Source: a virus. From it: 64,000 bases of DNA. Made by a program: the position numbers and the translations under genes. Under the pieces are notes generated by a model. The model had not been told where the DNA came from, searched no databases, and saw only the letters and a program-made list of their open reading frames with translations. Below, one piece after another: positions 55,462 through 64,000 of this stretch. Each line of letters opens with the position of its first letter. Within the stretch, counting starts at the first letter, position 1. The DNA lies in IMG/VR virus record IMGVR_UViG_3300031521_000001, one strand, 5' to 3'.

Positions 55462-55781
55462 TTGTATATTTCTTTTAATTTTTCTTTTCTTAATTTTCTG
55501 AGCATTTTAAGTTTATCAATTTTTATTACAAAATCCATTATAGTTGAACAAGAACTACTGCCTATATAAATATATACTGATATAAATATCATATCAGAGC
55601 CAATTTTAAAATTATTTGATTCATCACATGTGACTTTGAATTGTGACACATTTCTATAGTTGTGACTATTTAACATTTCATAGATATTGTATATTATAAT
55701 ATCTCTTGATTTTTTATTATTTTCATTAATAATTAAATTGTCTAATAATTCATATATGTTAGTTTGTATTTCTTGATACAT
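55458..55781 (-). CDS. hypothetical protein with RKxKL tail
   Basis: FKVTCDESNN segment; ends LRKEKLKEIYK. Confidence 0.6.
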   Translation of the reverse strand: MYQEIQTNIYELLDNLIINENNKKSRDIIIYNIYEMLNSHNYRNVSQFKVTCDESNNFKIGSDMIFISVYIYIGSSSCSTIMDFVIKIDKLKMLRKLRKEKLKEIYK

Positions 55782-56736
55782 TATAATATTCTTTCAGTAA
55801 TCTTTTTTTGTCAATTGAAACTACTCCAACTTTTTCACATGCCATTCCTCCTGCTAAATTTGATATTTTAGAAATTTCCTCTATGTCGATATCATTTATT
55901 AACATTGATAATACAGAAATAACAGTATCTCCAGCACCAGATGGATCAACTAAATTTATTGGTGTGGTAGGTACAATCTTACTTATTATTTCATTATTTT
56001 TTTTGTATGAAATGAAAATACCATCTTCTGATAGCGTAATAAATATAATATTTATTCCTTTTTTGTGTAAAATGATAGCTCCTTCTTTGAGTAATTCATT
56101 TTTATCAGATATGTTTAAATTAATACTTTCTTTAAATTCTTTGAAGTTTGGTTTTAAAAGTTCAATATTTTTGTAGTGATTGAAATTTTTCTTTTTAGGA
56201 TCAACTAATATCTTTATGTTTAGTGAATTCGCTTTTTTAATTATTGTATTTATGATATTTTCATTCAAAACTCCTTTGTCATAATCTTGAAATAATATAC
56301 AATCTAAATTTTCTGATTCAATAGCAGATGTGACTAATGATATAAAAATATCATATTCATCATTTAATTCTTCTTTTATTTCCTCATCAATTCTTAATAT
56401 TTGATGATTATTTCCAATTATTCTCGTTTTTGTAGTGGTGATTCGTTTTTCAGATTGATAAATATAATTTGATGATATTCCATATTCTTTCAATAATGAT
56501 AATATAATATCACCATTTTTATCTTTCCCTATTACAGAACATAATATTGGTGTACCTCCAAGATTTATTATATTGGAGGAGACATTTGCAGCACCACCTA
56601 ATTTATTTTCTTTTCTTTCTATATCTACAATTGGAACAGGAGCTTCAGGCGAAATCCTATCAACATTACCAAAAAAATAAGAATCTAGCATAATATCTCC
56701 TATGATCAATATTTTTTTATTTTTAAATAATTTCAT
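55759..56736 (-). CDS. rfaE1: D-glycero-D-manno-heptose-7-phosphate kinase (HldE/RfaE domain I, PfkB family)
   Basis: IGDIMLD, RISPEAPVP, GGAANV, DYDKG, VDPK, KPN, GAGDT. Confidence 0.9.
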   Translation of the reverse strand: MKLFKNKKILIIGDIMLDSYFFGNVDRISPEAPVPIVDIERKENKLGGAANVSSNIINLGGTPILCSVIGKDKNGDIILSLLKEYGISSNYIYQSEKRITTTKTRIIGNNHQILRIDEEIKEELNDEYDIFISLVTSAIESENLDCILFQDYDKGVLNENIINTIIKKANSLNIKILVDPKKKNFNHYKNIELLKPNFKEFKESINLNISDKNELLKEGAIILHKKGINIIFITLSEDGIFISYKKNNEIISKIVPTTPINLVDPSGAGDTVISVLSMLINDIDIEEISKISNLAGGMACEKVGVVSIDKKRLLKEYYNVSRNTN

Positions 56737-56759
56737 TTACAAATATTAATTTATAAGTT

Positions 56760-56785
56760 TATATGAATATTTGTAATAAAAGTTT
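56760..56785 (-). promoter_or_regulatory. candidate phage promoter AAAC-N16-CATATA
   Basis: Upstream of the rfaE1 start. Confidence 0.55.
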
Positions 56786-56794
56786 TTATTGTAT

Positions 56795-58639
56795 TTAACC
56801 AAATACTGTACCACCTATTGTTATTCCGCCACTTGCAAGTAAATTGTTTCTATAACCAATATTAGTTCCAGCCCCATATGCTTTTGTTGATGCCGCTGTG
56901 AATTTTACGATATTTTTAGGTACTTTTGATAATATATAAATTGCACATTGAAATATACTATTTTGATTTTTAGTGTTTGGTCCATCTGTGAAATTCTTAC
57001 TTGGTCTGTGTCCATTAGCATTAGTCCCAGTAACTGATTGGAACTGATTTTTTGCAGTTAAAATAGAATATACGCTGTTGCTACCACCTTTTGTTCTTGC
57101 TCTGTTTAACATAACAGCCATACACCAAGCTCTTTCTTCTGTGTTGTGAGACGCTTCTGCGTACACCGCTCTTATTAGCATGTTCCATTCAGTTATACTC
57201 ATTGCTCTACCTAAATATGTATCTGCTGATTTTTTTGCTGCAGCTGCACTAACAGAATCTCCAACTACAATTGGAGAATCATAAATATCATCAAGTGAAA
57301 CATTGTTGTTTACATCACATGGGAAATTTGATGTAGATGCTGTATATACGCTTCCTTTGTATTCCCCCTTACCTGTGTTACTACCTTTTTGCTTGTCACC
57401 CTTTCTTGAAGGCCATTCAAAATATAATTCTGGATCAACTTTTTTATTTGCAGGTGTAGTCACTGAAAAATGTAAGTGTGATCCAAATGAGTGTGTTCCT
57501 GTGTTTCCAACTAAACCTATCGGATTTCCTGTTTTTACAATGGCATTTACATTAACTAACATTTTACTTAAATGACAATAACCAGTTTTAAATCCGTTTG
57601 TGTGTTTTATTACAATTGTATTGCCACCACCATGTATACTATCAAATGCAGCAGACACAACAATTCCATCAAATGAACTCACAACAACTGTACCAGTAGG
57701 TGCCGCTATATCTATACCACCATGAAATGTTACTCCTTCTCCTTTGAGCTGTCTTGGACCAAATCTACATGATACACGAACTCCTAATAATGGAAGAACC
57801 ATTTCAGAACTTGTTGGTACATAATCAGTAACATTAGCTGAAGTTAGTTCTTCACATCCAGCAGCGTTTAACATATTTATACGATTTAATAGATTTGCAT
57901 AATCTGCATCTTTTGGTAATATTAAATCTATATCATTCACAGAACTATATGTTTCTGATGGTCTTTCTGCTGAATTTACAGCATTGTTGTCCACAATTTT
58001 TACATTTCTTGATACAAAATCTTCTCTTATTGCAGTATATTCATCACATATAATATCAAGTCCTGTTTTAGTAAGAGGACCCAATGAACTATCAACCATT
58101 GATCCTATTTTTCTGAATTCATTTATAAATTTGTCCATCCAGTCAAAAAATCTTGTACCTAATACAGCCTCTTGCCCTGCATTTTTTGAACCTAAATTTA
58201 GAGTTCTTGTGTTATCTTTAAGCTCTAAATTTATGTTTTCTCTTTCTATTGAAATTTTATTGTAATAATAATCAAGAGATAATGAATTATCATCTGAATA
58301 TATTTGTGTTCTATCATCATATAATAATGCAGAAAATCTTGTATATTCATCGTCACTTAATCCATTAAGTCTGGTCTGTAAATTTATGTTATTATTTTCT
58401 GAATATATGTAATATGGAGAGTATAAATCATCAGATAAATAAAGTACATTTACTAATTTACCAATCGCTGGTACAGAAAATTCTTTACCACTCAAATCTC
58501 CGAATGGATAAGCCCAAGGTATGTCTTTAACGTCAATTCCATGATATAATGTTTGTACTCTTACTTTTATTCTACCTTTTTTTGCTGGATCAATATTTTC
58601 TTCTACTACTCCAACGTAAAAATCTCTTAATAATTCCAT
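56795..58639 (-). CDS. gp5/VgrG-like baseplate spike protein with M23 peptidase and SleB-like cell-wall hydrolase domains
   Basis: N-terminal GVVEENIDP.K.GRIKVRV OB-fold; HGGIDIAA..YCHL..GNTG..HLHF (M23); LIRAVYAEA..AVMLNR..NQF (Hydrolase_2). Confidence 0.85.
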   Translation of the reverse strand: MELLRDFYVGVVEENIDPAKKGRIKVRVQTLYHGIDVKDIPWAYPFGDLSGKEFSVPAIGKLVNVLYLSDDLYSPYYIYSENNNINLQTRLNGLSDDEYTRFSALLYDDRTQIYSDDNSLSLDYYYNKISIERENINLELKDNTRTLNLGSKNAGQEAVLGTRFFDWMDKFINEFRKIGSMVDSSLGPLTKTGLDIICDEYTAIREDFVSRNVKIVDNNAVNSAERPSETYSSVNDIDLILPKDADYANLLNRINMLNAAGCEELTSANVTDYVPTSSEMVLPLLGVRVSCRFGPRQLKGEGVTFHGGIDIAAPTGTVVVSSFDGIVVSAAFDSIHGGGNTIVIKHTNGFKTGYCHLSKMLVNVNAIVKTGNPIGLVGNTGTHSFGSHLHFSVTTPANKKVDPELYFEWPSRKGDKQKGSNTGKGEYKGSVYTASTSNFPCDVNNNVSLDDIYDSPIVVGDSVSAAAAKKSADTYLGRAMSITEWNMLIRAVYAEASHNTEERAWCMAVMLNRARTKGGSNSVYSILTAKNQFQSVTGTNANGHRPSKNFTDGPNTKNQNSIFQCAIYILSKVPKNIVKFTAASTKAYGAGTNIGYRNNLLASGGITIGGTVFG

Positions 58640-58656
58640 TTATTTTATTATTTTAT

Positions 58657-60120
58657 TTAAAAATTCAATGCTGATTTTGTTTCATCTACTAAATCAGTTA
58701 ATAATCCAGATGCTAGTTCTTTTCCAAAATTTTTAACACTTGTTCTATTGTTAAAATCTGAGTTGTATACATTATCTGGTTCTATTTTATTTATATTTGT
58801 TGAATTAGTGAATTGATTTAATAATCCATTCACTGCTGTTCCTCTAGATTCTCTTAATTTTGTTTCAAGACTTGATATATAATTATTTCCTATTGTGCTT
58901 ATTGTACCTTGAGCTTTTGTCATTAAACTATTTAAATAACCTTTACTGATCGGAGAGCTATTTTTTTCTAAATCTTGTAAATCACTTGTATAAGTTAATA
59001 TACTGGAAATATTACCAGATTTTTCTCTTGATGCTATAATATCTTCGTACGGCTCAATGGTGTAACTATTTTTAATTAATGGAAAAATACTAGATCTTTC
59101 AACTGATTTATAATAAATATCAAATGAAAGTGTAGATGGAGTATTCGATACACTATTGTTATAACCGCCTATTTCTATGTTATCACCATAATTTTTACTA
59201 GAGAAAAAATCAAAATTGCAATCATTTAAAGTATATATTATTGCTGACTTGCTAGATATTGTATTTTTAACATTATTAGATATGTTATTTTTATCTGATG
59301 ATGTATTATTTAATGATTCTGATTTATTTTGTGGTATAGTGAAATTCCTCATATCATTGATTTTTATTGTCATATTAAATTTTAAAACATTTTCAGGAAA
59401 CATATGTCTTTTATTTTTATAACTATAAATCATAGTATTATATAATTCTGTTAAATACCAGCCTATCATTGAAACATCCTCATTTATTGTTATCGTGATT
59501 TTGTCTTCTCCATATTTTGTCATTTTGGCATTTAGATTATTAATACCATCAATTTTTGTTACATAGTATGATTTGTTAGATATGCTTCTATTTGAATTGC
59601 TATTTAATGTAGTTTCGAATATTTTAAAAAATACGTTTCTAAATTCTGACCAAATTTTAAATCTATTTGTATAATCAACAGAGTTTATGCTAGTGTATTT
59701 ATTTATAAAAGATGAAAAACTATTATTAACAGAGTAATTTTCTACAAATAACGGAGAATTTTGATCAAATGATAATTCAAATGATGGAATGAGAGGATCT
59801 TCATAATCAAAATCTTCATCATTTTTGTGTAATGATCTTTTGAATATGTTAGTATCATTATCAGTCAGTGCCTGTATGTCTCTACCAAAACTTTTTGTAG
59901 TACCATCAGAGTTATACCAAAATTCTTCTGGTTTTGCATCTGATGTGTGATTAGGATCATATGCATCTGTTTTACCTTGATTTAGTCCTAATGTATTACC
60001 CAAGTCACTATTTAATAATTGTCCTAATGCAGATTTATCAGAATATCCTTGAATATATTTTGCACTGTTGCTACTTGTGTCATTTAATAATTCACCTTTT
60101 AAAATTCCTAACATATTCAT
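58657..60120 (-). CDS. putative tail or baseplate structural protein
   Basis: 487 aa, inside the baseplate operon. Confidence 0.55.
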   Translation of the reverse strand: MNMLGILKGELLNDTSSNSAKYIQGYSDKSALGQLLNSDLGNTLGLNQGKTDAYDPNHTSDAKPEEFWYNSDGTTKSFGRDIQALTDNDTNIFKRSLHKNDEDFDYEDPLIPSFELSFDQNSPLFVENYSVNNSFSSFINKYTSINSVDYTNRFKIWSEFRNVFFKIFETTLNSNSNRSISNKSYYVTKIDGINNLNAKMTKYGEDKITITINEDVSMIGWYLTELYNTMIYSYKNKRHMFPENVLKFNMTIKINDMRNFTIPQNKSESLNNTSSDKNNISNNVKNTISSKSAIIYTLNDCNFDFFSSKNYGDNIEIGGYNNSVSNTPSTLSFDIYYKSVERSSIFPLIKNSYTIEPYEDIIASREKSGNISSILTYTSDLQDLEKNSSPISKGYLNSLMTKAQGTISTIGNNYISSLETKLRESRGTAVNGLLNQFTNSTNINKIEPDNVYNSDFNNRTSVKNFGKELASGLLTDLVDETKSALNF

Positions 60121-60129
60121 ATTTAATAA

Positions 60130-61593
60130 TTATTTTGTTTTTTCTCCTGTACTAACAGTTGTGCCTCCTGCATTGTTTGATGTCGCAGCCGCCGATAAAT
60201 CATGTTGTTCATTGTTACCATTTCCATAATCTATATTTAAATCTCTTCTCATTAGAGTTATTTCTTGTTCAACTCCATCTTCATATTTGAAAATGTAATT
60301 TATTCCAGTTACATACCAATATCCAGATAATTTAGTGTTTATGTTATTTAATGGTTTTTTTGTATTTGCATTACTTGATAATAAATCATTTATATTAAAT
60401 ACTTCAACTTTGATATTTTGAAATCTTTTTATTGAAAAATTTATTACATCCAATGTGAGAATTAATTTCATTCTTTCCATAGAAATTAAATTGTATTCAT
60501 TGGATAATTTTGCATAGTTATAATTTTCATGTACATTTTCATTGTCCATCTTACCAATAAAATATTCATCATTTACGTTACCATTAAATAACTGAGATTG
60601 CTTATCTTTTAGTATTTTTAATTTACTACCTACTTTATTTTCATCTGTTTCTAAATCCGCTATCAGTTTCTTTGTTACAGTATTTGTGTTTTTTGTGAAC
60701 CATGTTGAATATGTTTGATAACACAATTCTAAATTTATGCTATATGATTGATTCATAATATTAAATTTACTGAAGTATTGATTTGTTCCTTTGAGTGCAT
60801 CATTATTAGATAAATATAAAAGAACATTTTTTTCTTCTGGTACTTTTTCTAATTGAGGATTTGCCAAACTTTGTGTTTCATTTTTTAGTACACTATTTAG
60901 TTCAGCTTGAACATCTACATAATTTAAATTATAATAGAAATCAATAAATGTCCAAACAAATGATTGATCTGAAACATAAGAATATTTGGTGATATCTTTT
61001 ATGAATACTTGATTGACATCGCTAGGATTTATCCATTTCATTGCATCAGCACTATCATCAATATTTGATGCAAATCCTAAATTCATTCTGAGAGCTAATT
61101 GTTTTATTGCTTGATAACTAGTTGCATTAATTGTTTCATAATTTGAATATTGTAGCTCGTCTACATCAAGTATTCCTTTTATTAAAAATTGTAATCCATG
61201 AGAATCAGGATCTGATTTTATAGTTTGAAATTCAGTTAGTCTAAAATCCATTCTTAAAGGCATTAATTGTTCAGAACTTGCTTTAACAAAAACACTTATT
61301 ATAGTATCATGATCAAAAGGATAGAAATCTGTAAATAAAACACCAAGAGAATCTTCACAAAATAATTCCACTGACGGTAAAAATTTATCGTTGAATAATT
61401 TTAGTGATATAATATCACTAGGATCCACAGTTGTTCCGTTTAGAGGCGGATTGCTGGTGTCATACAATTTGCTGATAAACACAAGAGGTGTATAATCAAG
61501 AGATTGTACAAAAACTTCTGTTGATGCTTTGTCATATAATTGAAAATTTAATTCTTTTGTTTTTATTTTTGCTTTATCGGTAACTTGTATCAT
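60130..61593 (-). CDS. putative baseplate hub protein (gp27/P2 gpD-like)
   Basis: C-terminal LSGYWYVTGINYIF...QEITL.R motif; located upstream of the gp5-like gene. Confidence 0.6.
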   Translation of the reverse strand: MIQVTDKAKIKTKELNFQLYDKASTEVFVQSLDYTPLVFISKLYDTSNPPLNGTTVDPSDIISLKLFNDKFLPSVELFCEDSLGVLFTDFYPFDHDTIISVFVKASSEQLMPLRMDFRLTEFQTIKSDPDSHGLQFLIKGILDVDELQYSNYETINATSYQAIKQLALRMNLGFASNIDDSADAMKWINPSDVNQVFIKDITKYSYVSDQSFVWTFIDFYYNLNYVDVQAELNSVLKNETQSLANPQLEKVPEEKNVLLYLSNNDALKGTNQYFSKFNIMNQSYSINLELCYQTYSTWFTKNTNTVTKKLIADLETDENKVGSKLKILKDKQSQLFNGNVNDEYFIGKMDNENVHENYNYAKLSNEYNLISMERMKLILTLDVINFSIKRFQNIKVEVFNINDLLSSNANTKKPLNNINTKLSGYWYVTGINYIFKYEDGVEQEITLMRRDLNIDYGNGNNEQHDLSAAATSNNAGGTTVSTGEKTK

Positions 61594-61607
61594 ATTTTAT
61601 TGTTTTT

Positions 61608-62093
61608 TTATTCAAAAGAATTTATTATTTTTATTTTGTTGTCATTCGTTACACTAACTTGCTTTAATAATGTTGGTTTTATTGATATTGGTAAATTTGC
61701 GTCATTAAATAAGTTCTTTTTGTTTCTATCAGTTTGTATTGAATTTATTAATGATTGTCTTGCTTTGTCTTGCTGAGTTGGTATCTCATCAGTTGTATAT
61801 AATTGAGCCAAATCATCATATTGACAGAAATAAATATATTGACCTTCTTTGACACAATATGGACTTATCAAATCATTTAGTACCATCAATTCTTCTATGT
61901 AATCAGATGAGCCATATAAATGTTTAGATATTCTATCTAGTCTCATTTCATATTCTCTAGGTACGATGTATATTCTTTTGCCTATTGATAAATTATTGAC
62001 TATATTTTTTTGAAATATGTCTAATAGATTATTTTGATCTGAATCTCTTTTAATCCTATAATTTCCATTATTATCGAATGATAGTATTTTCAT
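61608..62093 (-). CDS. baseplate wedge LysM/gp53-like protein
   Basis: YIVPREYEMRLDRISKHLYGSS...LMVLN...P..VKEGQ. Confidence 0.7.
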   Translation of the reverse strand: MKILSFDNNGNYRIKRDSDQNNLLDIFQKNIVNNLSIGKRIYIVPREYEMRLDRISKHLYGSSDYIEELMVLNDLISPYCVKEGQYIYFCQYDDLAQLYTTDEIPTQQDKARQSLINSIQTDRNKKNLFNDANLPISIKPTLLKQVSVTNDNKIKIINSFE

Positions 62094-62107
62094 AGTTATT
62101 TTTATTT

Positions 62108-64000
62108 TTAAGTTATGTTATCATTACCTTGAACTTTATCAATAAAGCCATTAGCATTATCTTGTGCTCTAAGAGAGTTTAACCATTGAGTATTCTGCTC
62201 AGATGTTCCTCTATAGTTTGGTATACCTGCTTTTGCCGCCATAGCTTTTCTTTGTTTATATGTATACCAATTGCCATCTTTACTGTGCATATAATTTTCA
62301 ATTGATGGATCTAATAATGATGTATTTTCAGGATTATTACCAGGTGTCTTTGATTCTGCTGTTACTACTACCTCTGGTATAGAACCTCCGTTGTATACTT
62401 TTTCTTCTTGAGGTTTAACTTCTCCTTTGTATTGTACTGGTGTTGTTGGTACTGAAGAATATTCTCTTCTGTATGTATTATTAAACATTCTCATTAATTC
62501 TTGTTTACCTAATGATCTTGATAATTCACATTGAAATTTTGCTGTTAATCTTTGTGGCATATCATTAAATCCCATTTCATTGCTAGTTTCTACTGAACAA
62601 CTTTTTAATATTATATGACTGGTATTTAGCCAAGGAGAATAAGGATTTCCTATAGTTAAATGCCAAGGTGCAGCACTATCTTGTCCTCCAGTCATTAATT
62701 CTATTGATCCTCTTAGTTCAAATCTATGAATAGCAACTGTACTAGTTAATATTGTTTGTATTATTTTCAATCCTTCTCCAACTACCTTAGTCAATAATGA
62801 TGCTGATGCAACTTTAGCTGCTGCTATATTAGTTTCAGCACTTTGTTTTGCTGCTGATAAATGATCTGTTTTTCCTTCTGAATTGGCGTTATCTACTATT
62901 CCTTTATTATAATCATATGATTTTTTAGCATTTTGGTATATTTTAGCATCTGGATATTTAGAACCAGGAGCATGAGCATCCATATTTTTTTTTGCTACTG
63001 CCATATTATTTTTAGAATTATCAATGACAGATTGTTTATTTTTTATTGATTGTTCATTTGCTGCTTGAGTTTTTTTATCTTTTTCTGATTGACTAGTAAG
63101 CATAGTTTTTTCTACTTCTTCTGCTTTTGATACAAATTCAGTAAATAATTCTTTTAACGTTTTCCAAAAACTCTCTGTTATAGTTACAACAAGATCCCAC
63201 CATTCACTTAAATTGTTTCCTCTGTTGTCTGTTGCTCCTTTCGCTTTTTGCATTATTTTTGATGAATCACTCCAATAAAATGCCATATTTGATGTTCCCA
63301 TCGCATATATATTATCTAATATATCTAGCATAGCAGAGCCTGGATCAACGTCTCCTAATAATTTTTGTTCATATGTAGTAATTAGTTCAAAGTTGAAAGA
63401 TGATTTTATGTTTTGAGTTTCTGGATCTCTGAAAGGACCTTCTTTTAATACATTAGGATTACCTATTGGTATGTTGTTGAGTCCCCAATAGTTTGGTGAT
63501 TTGTCATCAGCTTCTTCATTTACACCATTTCCTGTTAATCCCATTTTTTTGTATATTTCAAATAGCATACCTTGGGCAAAACTTGGAACAGGAATTATAT
63601 TAGCGATGTCAACTTTTGTTACTTTTTTAACTATATCTGAAATTTTTTCATCAAATCTTTTGTTTGTTATGCCCCAAGTTTCATTGAAATTTATTGTACC
63701 AAAATTATCATCTTGTTTAATCCATCCAATTATTGTTGATATGGGTTCTACATTCATAAGTCCTAAATTTTCAGGTACAAAAACTCCTTCTGGAAATCTT
63801 CTAAGTATAGCCATTCTATTGATAGGATATACGCCTAAATCTCTTAAATACGCAAAATATGATGGTTTTAATCTTAATCCTGCACCTGGTTTGTGTGAAA
63901 GGGTAGTGAAAGTTGGATCTTTCAACATTTTAACATAAGGATTTACACTATTAGTTTCATTGTTGTAGATATTTTCTTGAATATAATCTTTTATTTTATT
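62108..64000 (-). CDS. putative tail/baseplate protein with C-terminal DUF3597-like module (5' end beyond the window)
   Basis: Frame is open from 63928 to the window edge; WHLTIGNP and MPQRL..F motifs; C-terminal RKAMAAKAGIPNYRGTSEQNTQWLNSLR. Confidence 0.6.
   Translation of the reverse strand, partial: NKIKDYIQENIYNNETNSVNPYVKMLKDPTFTTLSHKPGAGLRLKPSYFAYLRDLGVYPINRMAILRRFPEGVFVPENLGLMNVEPISTIIGWIKQDDNFGTINFNETWGITNKRFDEKISDIVKKVTKVDIANIIPVPSFAQGMLFEIYKKMGLTGNGVNEEADDKSPNYWGLNNIPIGNPNVLKEGPFRDPETQNIKSSFNFELITTYEQKLLGDVDPGSAMLDILDNIYAMGTSNMAFYWSDSSKIMQKAKGATDNRGNNLSEWWDLVVTITESFWKTLKELFTEFVSKAEEVEKTMLTSQSEKDKKTQAANEQSIKNKQSVIDNSKNNMAVAKKNMDAHAPGSKYPDAKIYQNAKKSYDYNKGIVDNANSEGKTDHLSAAKQSAETNIAAAKVASASLLTKVVGEGLKIIQTILTSTVAIHRFELRGSIELMTGGQDSAAPWHLTIGNPYSPWLNTSHIILKSCSVETSNEMGFNDMPQRLTAKFQCELSRSLGKQELMRMFNNTYRREYSSVPTTPVQYKGEVKPQEEKVYNGGSIPEVVVTAESKTPGNNPENTSLLDPSIENYMHSKDGNWYTYKQRKAMAAKAGIPNYRGTSEQNTQWLNSLRAQDNANGFIDKVQGNDNIT

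Noticed and set aside
1-64000. Stop-codon reassignment (TAG or TGA), as in some large phages
   Set aside because: Long genes are intact in the standard code, TGA and TAA are used as stops, and the broken genes are explained by frameshifts rather than read-through
1-64000. Bacterial chromosome origin suggested by clpC, dnaJ, deoC and rfaE
   Set aside because: These genes are scattered among baseplate, fibre, endolysin and homing-endonuclease genes and many short unknown ORFs, which is typical of a jumbo phage

Overview
This is a very AT-rich, densely coded segment of what looks like a large T4-like (myovirus-type) jumbo phage genome. The host is probably Bacteroidota, judged from TAnnTTTG promoter elements. 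It uses the standard genetic code, and I saw no tRNA, rRNA or CRISPR array. Recognisable genes: ClpC (partial), ClpS, DnaJ, a fused Mre11-Rad50 (SbcD-SbcC) plus a second, degenerate Mre11-like protein, a RuvC-like resolvase, four homing-endonuclease-like genes, a GH19 endolysin, Nudix, DeoC-like, N6-adenine methyltransferase, AAA+ ATPase, GGCT, HldE/RfaE kinase, fibre and baseplate proteins, and a gp5-like spike with M23 and SleB-type hydrolase domains. The most striking unexplained pattern is a peptide-tag system. 22 small proteins end in exactly K-[FY]-N-[IL]-stop, and most also start with an MK[HY][LI]KxFE-type leader resembling the T4 capsid-targeting sequence. A separate, non-overlapping set of about 11 proteins carries an R-K-x-K-[LI]-x-x-[IL] C-terminal motif. 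There are also three candidate promoter classes, an [ST]-G-x-T motif enriched in virion proteins, two apparent pseudo-enzymes and three single-base frameshifts. All product calls come from motif recognition by eye, not from database searches.
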